The notes under the pieces are model-generated. The model worked only from the letters and a program-made list of their open reading frames with translations, had not been told where the DNA came from and searched no databases. A stretch of 63,495 nt of DNA, counting the filler, from Rhabdomonas costata (Eukaryota): NCBI GenBank assembly GCA_019059605.1. It is 24 parts of 24 records of this genome, joined end to end, with 100 filler letters (N's around TTAATTAATTAA, not from the genome) between each part and the next. Parts side by side here need not be neighbours in the genome. Positions count along the whole stretch, not along the records: positions 47,709 to 50,257 come from JAHMHO010002919.1; positions 50,358 to 52,905 come from JAHMHO010002920.1; positions 53,006 to 55,552 come from JAHMHO010002921.1; positions 55,653 to 58,200 come from JAHMHO010002922.1; positions 58,301 to 60,847 come from JAHMHO010002923.1; positions 60,948 to 63,495 come from JAHMHO010002924.1; 18 more parts are not named here. One strand, 5' to 3'. The position numbers and the translations under genes were made by a program. This document shows, piece by piece, positions 49,471 to 61,794 of the stretch. Numbering within the stretch: position 1 is the first letter of the stretch; the number at the start of each line of letters is the position of its first letter.

Positions 49471-49722
49471 TGCATCAGCGGCCGAGGTTTTTGAGGATGG
49501 TGGGTGTATTGTGGTCTGTTTTGGCTTTCTTTGTTGCGCTTTGCTGGTTTCCTTGGTGGTTTTCGTTCTTGCAGTTTGTATACGGTGTGTTCTGGTTGTT
49601 GTGGTTTGAGGATGAGACTTTTGTGTCTGCTTTTTCGTCCCGACCCCCACAATGCTTTGCTTTGCTTGCTTTATGAAAAGCTCCACAAACCTGCATAAAC
49701 CCTTCGGGGGGGGGGGTGCAGG

Positions 49723-49848
49723 TGCAGAGCGAGCACATGCGAACCTGTGCTTCACACGTGGATCCCGAAGTTGTGTTCTACCCTTGTTGTAGACGACGCG
49801 ATTTTTTCCTCCCGCTTTGTCACAGCAGCAGTCCCGGAAGTATTCTGC
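49723..49848 (+). pseudogene. Degenerate partial duplicate of the response regulator 3' half
   Basis: GCAGAGCGAGCACATGCGAACC matches ~48999-49020. GTGGATCCCGAAGT...CCCTTGTTGTAGACGACG matches ~49048-49091. Deletions are present. Confidence 0.7.
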
Positions 49849-52560
49849 CCCACTCACTTCCTCCCAGTCCCTAAGTCACGCGACTGTTACCGGTGCACAT
49901 TTCTCCTTCCAGCTTTTAACTTTGATCCTTCCCACCTTCCTGCCCCGCTGCCCACTGGTCCCGCAATGCTGTGACGTTTTTCCATGTGCTCGAAATGGTG
50001 GTGAATCACTGACGTGGTGCATCAGCAAGCGTTGTGCCGAAGTCGTTGTTGGTTTGGTGAGGGCGTTTCTTGCTTCTGCGATAATTCGGTTCTTAGCAAC
50101 GGTTTGCAGAGAGGTTTCTTCGTGGTTTCCTGTGATAGGTTAATCCACCTTTCAATGTGCGAGCGATTTGTCACGTGATGGTCTTTTTCGTTTGCTCCCG
50201 TACTTTGTGTAACTGACAGTGTTTTGTCACGTGAATAATTTCACTCGAATTGCTCACNNNNNNNNNNNNNNNNNNNNNNNNNNNNNNNNNNNNNNNNNNN
50301 NTTAATTAATTAANNNNNNNNNNNNNNNNNNNNNNNNNNNNNNNNNNNNNNNNNNNNTTTGTTTGGTATTCATATTGGAAGAGTTGACTGCTTGTGCTTC
50401 GAGGAGGTTGGCTCGCCACCCTCCCCAATAGCACAAGCAGTCAACTCTTCCAATATGAATGCCAAATAATCCTCCTCGCAAACATCTTAATTTTGATTCC
50501 ATATTTTTTCTTTATATGGTTTTGTTTTGCTGAAAAGTCGCTCCAATTCCTGATAAGTTTTTTACTTTCACGTTTTCTTCTCTGGGCGAAATGCAGCTCC
50601 TTCGGCGGATTGTTCGTGCGCGGCAAGTGGTATGTCGCAAACAATGCTTTTTTGCAGTACTGTGTGGTTATTAAATTATTTTCACGCACTGAGTGCTTTT
50701 TCACAAGACCTTTCATGTTCGCTGGGCCCAGGAGTACAACCGCGTTGCTAGATGGTTTGGGTTCCCACTACCGCTGCACTTAGCGCACCCCCCCCCCCCG
50801 CAGCAGTCGAGTCGCCACGGCGGCTCGTTCTGCAATCGAAGGTAAAAAGACCTTAAAGGGGTTACCGGGAGAGTCAAGTGTTCGCTGGGATCCCAATCGA
50901 ATATTGGCAGAGAGTTAGGGAGCGATGCACGTGTTCCCTGGGATCCCAATCGAATATTTGCAGGGATTCACAGGTCCGACGACGGGTTGGGTCGCGCGAA
51001 CTTCCACGCTTCCCAACACAGCAAGCAGTGGATTTTTTTTAAAGTGGTTGCAGATCAGTCCTCCTCAGTGTCCCACTTTCGAGGAGAAGAATAAGGGACC
51101 CCAAACTTTTTCATTGGAACCTACCATGACGACATGGCAAGGGTTGATCGTGGGATTGTAAGTTCAGGGTGTTTTTGATGTGCTTCGATTAATGCCGGAT
51201 AATTTTCGCGTGGAGGTGTGAGTTTTGATTTTGCCATTTCCCGGAGAACAGGGTCGATTCACGTTCCATTTTCTCGACTCTGCTCTGAGGAAAAGTTTGC
51301 CCGTGTCGGTTTTCTTTTTTTCCTTTGTCCTCCAAAAAAGCTCTCCTGTTACAGTTTCTGTCCCTGCTGTGATTACAACCTCACTCGTGAAATCGATGAC
51401 GTTGTGACAACCCACATCTCTGAGCACAGGGGTTTTTCTGGTTCTCGGTCGCACTTGTAGCACAGGAAACGCGCAAGGATTTCTCGCCTGTGATTTTTCA
51501 GGATTCTCTAAATAGTCGTGGAAGTTTGGTGAAGGTGGTGAAGTGAAGTTTAGCAGATTTGTTTAAACAGGTGTCCAAATCTCCATGTTGTACATAAAAA
51601 CAAGGAAGGTCCACACCAGCATGGCTGCTGGGCGGTACACGTATGGTGGTCGTTTTCGTTCGATAAAGAGCTTCGCGCGTCAGCTCCCCGACGCTCGCAT
51701 TTGAGTCATACGAATCCCTTTCCGAAAAGGTAGTGTTGAATTGAGGTTACTTGGTATTAGCTGTGGACGAAGCTGAATGGATTGCTTGGTGGTCAGGAGA
51801 GGACAGTTTCTAGCCTTAGTAATCGTATTTGTTATTGAGTGTTTTGATGATCATCTGAGGGATTTAACTGCATTGTTTAAACAAGTCAGTGATCAAGGCC
51901 GCCTCTTTATCAGAATTGCTGCTGATCATTGGTCAATAATTAGCACATCGTTTTGTAATTCCTTGCTGCCCAACAACCACTGAAAATGCTGAACAATTGA
52001 AACAGCAGTGCGCTTAAATATATTCTCCCTTTGCACTCCAAGGGGGAGGCTCCAGTTATTTACCCTTCGTGTGTGACTCGGCAGGAGGTAATTAAAAATA
52101 ATAGTTTAGTCATTGTGCGAACTTTTGTCTCGTTCGTTGGTGCTTGGTGGTCCGGTTGTTGCCAGTCATCGCTTACCGCTCCCAGCACCTGATTGATGTG
52201 TGCTACTCCCCTTTGAACAAGCTAACTCTACGAGATTTATTTCTGAACTCGCCAGGGACCCCCCCTCCCCTGCTGCCGGTATTGCCGCTGCTTCAGCAAG
52301 CAGTGCTCCCCATTATTGCATGCATTTGTCTTTCGGCGAAGTGTTGCCTTTTTTTTTTCGTCCAAACTGTGAACATTCCTGTGAACCGTTAGGGGAAGGG
52401 GGCAACTCTGCAGTCCTCCATGTTTGTCTCAGGTTCGTCGCTTTGCTACTGCCGCGGCAGAGTCGAGGACTCCCTACGTCAGGTCGGACTGCGCGTTTAG
52501 CGCGTTTTTTGTTTCTCTGTTGTGTTTGCATGTGACAAAATTTTCGCGGTTTCGATTCAG

Positions 52561-52718
52561 GCCGGGGTACCTGCAGCAGTGGGCGTGCATGAACCTGGCC
52601 TGGGCCAAGGACTTTCTGCTCGTCCGCGTCGCAATCATCGTTATTTCCTACTGGTTTGCTGGGCACTTCTTCGCCGTTCGATGGGTTATTGAGCATGATG
52701 AGGACCACGCTCCGACAG
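52561..52718 (+). CDS. Internal exon of an unknown membrane protein
   Basis: AG/GT-bounded: PGYLQQWACMNLAWAKDFLLVRVAIIVISYWFAGHFFAVRWVIEHDEDHAPT. Confidence 0.5.
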
Positions 52719-53005
52719 GTTTGCTTTTTTCCTGGGTATCTCTCGAATGTCTTTCAGTTTTTTGGAGAGTCATGATGAACGGTAATGACTCTGTTCTCTT
52801 TGCCAGCGTCTACGGCTGACCTCGAGGCGAAGAAAACAGAGTCATTACCGTTCATCATGACTCTCCAAAAAACTGAAAGACATTCGAGAGATACCCACAC
52901 AAAAANNNNNNNNNNNNNNNNNNNNNNNNNNNNNNNNNNNNNNNNNNNNTTAATTAATTAANNNNNNNNNNNNNNNNNNNNNNNNNNNNNNNNNNNNNNN
53001 NNNNN

Positions 53006-53627
53006 GTTGGCCTCGCATGCGCGCTTCAGGCGGTCCTGCGAGAGAAACGACGGAAAGTTCGGAAAGTTGACTGTTGGAATAAGGTTCAGCCCCAATAGAG
53101 AAACGGCCACGGCCACACGGCAACCTACAGGCTAACTCAACAAACCATTTACACGTGCTGTTCACGGCACGGCGGCGACGCAGGTGTCCCCAACGACATG
53201 TTGTTGAAATAGCGGGAAAAATATTACTGTTCTGTGCGCTATATCTTGCAGTGTCGTGCGTGTGCGTGTTTCGTCCGTCTTCAACTTTAGGACTGTCCAG
53301 CGTTTGAAAGAGAAGAAAGAACAAAAACATTCCATTGCTGGTTTCCTCCTGTATGGGTGAAAAATGGTGTTTTGTTTTCGACCGGACTTTCGGATGCAAT
53401 CCACTTGTACAAACAACGAAGATGAGCTTGGAAGGTGTCACACAGGCCTCAGCCCAGCTTTGACCAAAGGACAATGTGCTCAGAGCTACCTTCTTGAAGT
53501 GAGGGAACCGCGACGACGCAGGAATGGAGCGGACGTCCACCAAGGCTCGCACACGGTGACGCTGGAGAATGGACTGGAAGGCCTCTTGAGAGTGGCTGGA
53601 GTGCCCAATCGTCAGCAGAGTAGTCAT
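53006..53627 (-). CDS. DUF488 family protein, N-terminal two exons (53627-53490, 53035-53006)
   Basis: MTTLLTIGHSSHSQEAFQSILQRHRVRALVDVRSIPASSRFPHFKK|DRLKRACEAN carries the TIGHS and LVDVRxxP signatures. The intron is phase-0 GT-AG. Confidence 0.88.
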
Positions 53628-56085
53628 TATCAGAACCACACAATAACAGAAACAGACAGAAAGTAGGGAAGGGTGTGAGCCGGCCTGTAGCTGCAAAAGC
53701 CAATCCCCACATAAAACAATGCCCCCCCCCCAAAAAAAAACGCGGAGGTTCCGGCTCATCCTCGCCGAAGCCTCCCGACCTCCCAACGGTGGGTCGCATG
53801 TGTGTGTTTCTGGGTGTTGAACAGACCCAAACCTGCGTGCGGGTGAAAAGTTTAATGCCGCCCATGATACAGCAGGGCCGCACTTTATGACACTCTCTCA
53901 AGAGGGAAGCCCCTACTTGAGCCTGTGTGCACCCAGCCTTAAGCCTTACCCCTTACCCCGGTACCGGGTCCTCAGTGTCACCATGTCTGGACAGGCACTC
54001 CCAGGACTCCATGCCGCACAGCTCGAATACCAACTTTAGGAACTTTGTAAGACAAAAACAAAAGGCTTATCAGCTAAAGTTCTGCAGAGGTTCCTATTCA
54101 CCCTTCCCACCAACCCTTACTCCCATACCCCTGCCGACGCAAAAACTGCTTTGCCGGTAGTGCGGGTACAAAGCCCCCAGGAGCAACAAGCTTCCAACAG
54201 CAAAGCCACCCAGGTTTCCCACGAGCACATCGACAGCTGCGATGCGTCAGCCCAGAGTAATCGCCAAAACAGACACAAAACCCCCCCCGCCCACGTATAC
54301 ACGGGACCACTGACAAACAGAACAGGACTGGACAGGATAGCGTGGGGGAGCACTCCTACAAAAGAGAGTCGTGTCAGGCGGAGAAAACGCAAAAAGTACG
54401 TACAGGGGGAGCGAAAAAATCCCCAGAACCGATCGGAGCCTTCCTCACCTCACGACTCACTCGGATAAATGCCCCGGCCACCGGGAAGGGATATAGCACC
54501 CGCCCAGGCATCCTCTCGAGCCTTTGGGGAGCTTTCAGGCAGCACAAAGGAGAAAACCTCTTTCCGGAGCCCTATCGCCGGAAAACACATATAAACTGGA
54601 ACCTCAATCGTCCCCCCTCCCACAGAAAGCCATCCTTCACGGCAAGCACCCGTACACCTTGCCATGGTAGCACAAACACACTCACACACTGTGGTTCATA
54701 AGTAATTACATCGGTATCCACAACAAAGCCACCGCGCCTCCTGACGCAAAACTCTCCCACCATCGACGGAATAACTCCCCGGATCGAGAACAGGGGGTCC
54801 GAAGATGGGTGGGAGAAGGGCGAGGGGAGAGGGACGCATGGAAGAGGGGAGGGGTGCCGTCCATGTGCTCTGAAGGAACCCACCGCCCCGGAGACCATTC
54901 TTCAATCCTTCTCAATGCTGATCGAATTGCAGAAATTAACAAGAGAGACACTTGGCAGTGTGTGTTTGGCGGGAAGGGCGTCTTTATAGCTCACCAAGGA
55001 CTCGCTGTGGGGAGGACTTTGGGAGGATCCTCTTGGGGCCCTCCATTGGGACGAGTTTTCCGCAGACCTTGGCAACGGTCTTCCCCAGGGGTACCATGGT
55101 GATGGCCTGGCCCATCGTGTTCTGCACGGCCAGGGCCCAGGCCACAGAGGTGACAAGTCCAAGCCTACCGCCAGAACATAAGGTCAAAGTTACCAAGCCT
55201 TCTGTTTGCAAAAGCGTTGCTCCAAGGGCACCAACTTTGGAGCCTGGGAGGACCAGGACGCGTTCACTTGAGGTTTACGAGGTAATAAATCGGTATAGTG
55301 AACACCCCTATGGAAACCTAAACAAAACTCAAAGCCAAATCTCATCCCACGCACCTAAAAAGGGGCCTGCAAAATGAGAACAGAAAATGACTTAGTGACA
55401 GCCCAAGCTGCCGGGTGCGACCAGTGAACACAGGATCATGCACAAGCCATGAGGATCCGTATCCCACCCTTGCCTAAAAAAAAGCCTCAGCAATCCACAG
55501 CTGAACGGAAACATCAAATCATATATGGCCTGCAACTCTTTACCAAACCAACNNNNNNNNNNNNNNNNNNNNNNNNNNNNNNNNNNNNNNNNNNNNTTAA
55601 TTAATTAANNNNNNNNNNNNNNNNNNNNNNNNNNNNNNNNNNNNNNNNNNNNTGTGGTTTGGTTTTGCCCACTTGAAAAGGGTCGATTCCCCGACAATCT
55701 CCGCCGCTTGGTACTGAGCGTGTCGGTCTCTATGGCCGCCGTTTCGAAAATCCGCACAAATGCGCAGTGTCAAATCTGTCGTTCTGCTAATTCGGTGCAT
55801 ACTGTTGTTAAGCACACTCTTTTGCAACGCTTTGCCCGCGGTCGCGCAACCTGAACCGGCGTGGAACCAAAGTCGGAGTGCCCCCCGGCAGGATGAAGCC
55901 GGCGGTCCTGGGGTGCCTTCCCCCGGCTGTAAAAGGGATCGCCGCTCATCACGACCCCTTTCCAGAATCCCCGGTTCGCTTCAGGATTGCGCCCATCCTC
56001 CCCCCAAGGGCCCGTTAACCATCTTCACGCACTTTCCCACCTGCCCTCATGCAGCGCTTTGCGCGCAACACCCAGCACTTCGATC

Positions 56086-56155
56086 CGTGGTCATTGGTTT
56101 TATGGGTGCGTGGTCATTGGTTTTATGGGTGCGTGATCATTGGTTTTATGGGTGC
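56086..56155. repeat. 23-bp minisatellite, three copies
   Basis: CGTGGTCATTGGTTTTATGGGTG in direct tandem with one mismatch and no spacers. Confidence 0.9.
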
Positions 56156-58372
56156 AACTTTGTACCCATACGCCGTATTTCATTTCCAAAAAAACGGTGC
56201 TATTCTTCCTGGGGCTCCATCCAAAAGTTTCACGCCGTGCGTAAACACCGTGGGTGGTTTATGCGTGGAGCGGGCCCGTAAAAAGAAGGAGATTCAGGAT
56301 TGCATGCCTGTTATTCCCTAGCGCGGAAACAAGAGAGCAAAAGGACGTCATCTTCAAACAAACCGGCAGTGAGTAAACTGTACTTCCTTCACCGCACGGC
56401 AAAAGCTGTGTATTGTAGGTTCGTGCTAGTTTTACCGTGTCGAAAGCCTTTAGCGGCACAGTGTGGGAAGGTTCCGGTGGGGACACATCCACTTCCATTG
56501 TGCACTGCCTTATTTGATGATGTGCACACACAAAAGAAGGCCAGCCATGGGGAAACAGGATCTGCTGTGAAAGAATGGTCTCCATTATTGTGTGCTTGTC
56601 ATAGAGAATTGTATGGTGCTGTATAATCAAGCCCCCAGCTTTCAATTCAAGTGGACTAGCACTAGCATTCGCTTCTCCTCCAGCTTTTTGTTTTGCGGCA
56701 ACACCGCAAAAGATAAATGCACGGCTTCGAGCAGTTTCAGGGCATCCTATTGGGATTCTTCCGGCACAATGGATCACAAGCACGGGGGGCAAACGCGGAA
56801 GAACAGCGGCAGAAGGTCTTCTCGTGGACAGCACAAGTCATGAAGCAGACGGGGAGAGCCTCTGGTACACAGAATATATGATATGCTACAAAGGAAAAGA
56901 GCCCCAAGGGCAGAATAAAAGACAAAAAACACATAAACGCTATCGATCCGGTGGGTTTGAGAACGCAGGCACAGCTTTGAAGAGCGGAAGAAATGAGAGA
57001 ATCATTCCGGACTTCGCAAGAAAAAAAGGGTTGAACACACTCACAACAAGAAGCAAAAGCCGCTGAGCATAACCCAATGCGGGGCCCTTTCCGGCGACCC
57101 CCCCGTCTGAAGCTGGCGCCCGCAGGACAAAGCAATACCCCCTGAGCACGCATGAGCTTGATGCGTGGCCGCGACTAACGACGCGAGCTCAGCAGGCTTA
57201 GCCAATCATTAAGAAAGAAACTTTTTCGGCATCTTTCTGCCCCACAACATACGAATATGGAAGGAAGCGATCTCGATGGCACGTACTGCACAGAAAAAAC
57301 CAGAAAGGGTGCAGCGAGAGTCATTCGACGGCATGAAACACACGTGGCTCCACGTCTCTTCCGACAGAGCGGGTGAGACCACGGTCCTTGGAGGTTCTTC
57401 GCCCACCAAATTGGCCGAGTTCGTTAGCCAGAGCGGCGATTCCAAGGCTTTAAACGGTATGGTGCCGAGCTCATGTACTGTTTCCCTAGATTACCAAAAT
57501 CAAAAAATCTCGAAGGTGCGCGGCCGATGCGGTATGTTCCACTTTGATGACCCAGGTACATATAGAGTCCTCCCACAGCCTCTTGAAGTGTAGCTATTCC
57601 ACACAAACACACACACACACACAAACACACACACATACACCGCATGTCATTCAGTCTCAACGACAGTTGCTGTGTTGTGCAATGATTTGCAACCATTGCT
57701 CTGTGCAACTTTGGTGCCATCCGAATATCATGTGGTGTGCAGCTTTTTAATTTCACCATTTGCCCCAGATGGTCAGTTAGTCGCATATACCTTCATTTAA
57801 TGCAGAAGTTCTACACACCACATCCACATGACTCTTCTCTTTCTTAGCGTTGCCGTTGGAGCAAACCCCATATTTTTTCCACTGCCAGACAAGGCCCACT
57901 GCAAATGTTTCATCAAAGCAGACACAGTCACTGATCCGAGGTGTGAATGTTGTGCCATCCACGTTAAAAGATCAATGAAACAGTCTTACACTAATGGAAA
58001 TGTTGACGCTTCGAATGATGCTCGGACAAAGGCAAAAATATTTACATCTTTCCCATTCACTCGTTTCCCAACAAAATCATCTTTCCTGTTGTGCTCCTCG
58101 GCAAGTCCCATTCTCCCCCCGTCGAATTTTATGGCCGATTCTCTCGGTCATTCTTCCATCATTTATCTTAATGGACAAATCAAGGCTGGACAACACCCAC
58201 NNNNNNNNNNNNNNNNNNNNNNNNNNNNNNNNNNNNNNNNNNNNTTAATTAATTAANNNNNNNNNNNNNNNNNNNNNNNNNNNNNNNNNNNNNNNNNNNN
58301 GTGTTTTTTTGCGTTGGGGTGCTGCTGTTAGGAAGGTGGCGTTGCGTGTGTTGCTCGATGTGTGTGGGTCAG

Positions 58373-60289
58373 GTTTTTGCCGACGCGGACACCGACTGCA
58401 GCATTATCATTGAGCTCGTAGCAATCTCCGAGGGCGTTTTTGCGGAAAGGCTTGCGCTGTACGTTGAGGATATGCTCCATCGTTCCCTCACATTCAATGC
58501 TATTATCTGAGTTATTGTGTTGCCTTGAGACTGTTATGTTCCCGACTGAATAAAATATTCTTTGCTGAGGCGGGAGGTAATGGGATGTTGCATTTGTCCA
58601 CGCCTCAAAGAAAGATCCGCCAAGGGGCATTGGCCAGCCTGAAAGCGCAGTGTTTCAGGGTCTATTGCAAATAGATAGATGATCAATATAATATATAGTT
58701 AAACGTCCGTTAACTAGTCGGAGGCTGGGGTTCACTATCGGTGCGTGGAATTCGGGAAAGTCCGAGGATGATTTGGGTACCTCCAACACAACCCGCCTTT
58801 TACATAAGACCGACCGGTCGTGGAGAGAGCAGCACACACGAGGAGTGGTTGTGCTGAACGCTTGTGCAGCTGAACCCTGGGTGCGGTTTGCTGCCAACGC
58901 TGCTTTGCTCTGTCTTGCATAATTTAGATATCACTTCGAGGAACTGGCGAAGGCCAACGGCGCCCAAGGAATGGTCACCGCAAGTGGGGTGCTGGCTGGT
59001 GGGCGCCTTCCTTTGATATCGTATGGGAACGAGTGGCCGCTTGTCTCTGAGTTTTGATGGCTACTGTTTCATAAATCCATTTTTAAGGATGAGGTTCGGG
59101 GATAAAGTTCATCCCAAACACCGTGTGAGGTGAACTTTTTTTTGCATATGCCACTGAAATGTTTGACGATGTTCTACTTGCACATTTGACATTGAGAGGA
59201 AATAGTGCAGGCTGTCCCTATTTTTCTCACATTGGTTGTCTCCGAGCCGAGGACAAGGAGAAAGGTTGTGAACGACCTTCTGTGCGAAATAATAAAATAT
59301 AATATGCAAAGGTCTGTTCTGACGACAGTAAGGGTTGGTTTAGACAGTGCCCACGGAAATGTTGATTGGACCTGACCCCCACGTGACCCGCCTTCTTGCT
59401 TGCAGGCCAAACACCATAGAGTCCATGGCCTGGGTGCAGGGGACTCAGGCTGTGGCGAAGTTCAAAGAAACGGCGAAGAATATAGTATGCACACATACAT
59501 TTTTCCTCTTTCTTTCGTATGCACACACTTCTTCTTTTTTTTACCTTTTTTTTTCACTTCCTATTTCACTTGTAACTCCTTGTTTTGGGTTGGATTCAAA
59601 GACATTGTTCACTCGCAGGTGCAATCTTTCCCGCATATCTACGACCCATACATACACCTGGCGCCCAACCGTACGAAGACCGAACTTATGGAATGCAAAT
59701 GGATCAATTCGAGAGGGACCCGCCTTTGGTCTCGATACCATTGGCAAGTTCTGGTCCTGGTGTCGCTGCAGTGTTCACTATGGCTCGGTTTCTCCGCAGG
59801 TGAATATTTACCTCGCAGTCATTCGGCTGCGGGCGCCGTGGTCAACAGAAGTTTTGGTGAGCTTCAACGCGCCTACAACAATTAGCGCGGGCTCCAGCTC
59901 CCGAGGAGCTGTCGCTGTGGTTTGCACCCGCACCGCGACTCACTCGGCCAACAGCCCGCACGTCAGTCCACACTTACCACTAATCGTCAATCAGGCAACA
60001 GCCAGCGTTTCAGCGGGCCCAGCACGCACACCGTTCCCTTCCCACCACTTCCCGCTCCCCACCACTCCCCTTGTATGCTTGGAAGGTTTCGATTCCACGT
60101 CAGCTGCGTTTGACTGTGGGTGTCGGTTAGTATGCGTACTTCTTGATTGTGTCATTTCTTTTGAGGGGGGGGGATTTTGCCAACCACACCTTTTTTACAC
60201 AGGGGTCAGATCAAGCGCACTGCGAGCGGGTCTTTTCTCAGCTGCTTGCCAGCCTGGCGATCCATGACTTTGGCTTGTTTACCCCATAA
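58373..60289 (+). CDS. MOG1: Ran guanine-nucleotide release factor Mog1, 5'-truncated; exons 58373-58458, 58928-59020, 59406-59484, 59800-59919, 60203-60289
   Basis: VFADADTDCSIIIELV, YHFEELAKAN, GTQAVAKFKETAKNIVNIYLAVIRL, TEVLVSFNAP and C-terminal SLAIHDFGLF. All introns are GT-AG and in phase. Confidence 0.93.
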
Positions 60290-61001
60290 ACCCGCTTGCC
60301 GGTTCACTCACGCGGACGCTTTAGCCACGAGCTTGGCTCCATATTCCTTTCTACGCCACGACTGCTGTAACTGCTGTAACCGTAGCTGCTGCGCACGCTC
60401 TGGTCTTGCCATTGTTGTGCCTTCGTTTTATTCCGTGCCGAGAAGCAGCATTGGATTCAGTGCTGTTCTTCATGGGTCGTCGCTGTCGGAGGCGAAACAT
60501 CAAACAAAGGATGATCGTGCATCAAGAGAAGAAGGGATCACATGTTTGCGGGAACTTCGGTTTCGAAATGTCTAATTGCAGTCTTGTCTCTCGATTATGT
60601 TTTCTGTATCTGCCTTCGCGTATTCGGGAAACAGCCTCAGTGCATTCTGCGATTTTCAGTCACATTCAATGAACAATTGAACGGAACAGTCTCCATTCAC
60701 CACCTTTTGTTGGGGTTTCGGAGCTCGGGTGTGAAGGCGACTATATGCGTTGAGGAGGGAGACGTCCCCTTAAAAGCCGAGGACCGTCACCCAGGGAGGG
60801 CGCTCAGCCCACCCGTGCTTCCGGCTCGGCTCGTACACAACAACAACNNNNNNNNNNNNNNNNNNNNNNNNNNNNNNNNNNNNNNNNNNNNTTAATTAAT
60901 TAANNNNNNNNNNNNNNNNNNNNNNNNNNNNNNNNNNNNNNNNNNNNCGCCTGGTGCGCCCAATAAAACTACACAACAACATCAGTCACACCAAGGCAAG
61001 C

Positions 61002-61504
61002 TTAACCCTCATCCATGAAAAAAATGCGGTGAAGAAAAGGGAAACCGAGGAAGGAAAGTCCAAGCATACGGGGCTGCAGCCATTGACCCGAAAGAACCTC
61101 AGAACATGAGGGGCGGCGATCGGCCTCGAAGTTCAGACATGTCTTCACCAGCTCCACGAGACCCGAAGGGACAGTACGCTCAAGGCTCTGAGGAAGAAGC
61201 TTCTCGAATGTTACATTGCGAACCAGAAACCGCCAATGACGGCTGGGGGTTTCGGAGTAATAGTCTGGATGTCTGCCCGTGGCCAAAACCAACGCAAGCA
61301 CCCCGAAGCTCCACACATCAAACGAAGGCTGCACGGAAGCAAAAGATTGGATTACAACCTCGGGAGGCATGTACACCGGCGTGCCCGAACACCCCAGAGG
61401 AGCTCCGCTGAGCTGCGAGAGCCCAAAGCCAGCCAACCTCACGACGCCAGAGGATGAAAGAAGAACGTTGGAGGGCTTCAAGTTCAAGTGCACGATACCA
61501 GGAT
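61002..61504 (-). CDS. Pseudokinase C-lobe exon (subdomains VIb-XI)
   Basis: PGIVHLNLKPSNVLL (HRD to HLN), RLAGFG (DFG to GFG), GTPVYMPPE, DVWSFG and CLNFEADRRPS. The 3' end is uncertain. Confidence 0.85.
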
Positions 61505-61794
61505 CTTAGCAAAGGAAACAAAAAGAACAGAAGGACAGGTCCATTGAAAACGAATAAAACCCCAGAACCCGAATCCTCATTCCATTATACCTTGGTTATG
61601 TCAAAGAAATAGCTCATACAATCACATACTTGTTCCATCCATATCAGACAAAAAGGAAGGCTAATAAAAAAATTGTGCCCTTATTCGCAACACTGATTTA
61701 CAGCAGGGATTTTGTCCGCAGCTCAGAAAATGAAAGAGGTATGTCATTCGTGCCTCAGCGAGCTCAATGTGCAAAATGGATACCAACGACATAC

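Noticed and set aside
48640-49857. 405-aa minus-strand ORF
   Set aside because: It is the antisense shadow of the GC-rich response regulator and has no motifs.
50885-50963. Duplicated CTGGGATCCCAATCGAATATT after TTAAAGGGG as a Kolobok/piggyBac end
   Set aside because: No matching opposite terminus was found; it looks like a local two-copy duplication.
56086-56155. 23-bp repeats as a CRISPR array
   Set aside because: The copies are directly adjacent, with no spacers and no cas genes, in a eukaryotic context.
59347-60267. 306-aa ORF as a single protein
   Set aside because: It reads through stop-free introns of Mog1; only the exonic parts match the family.
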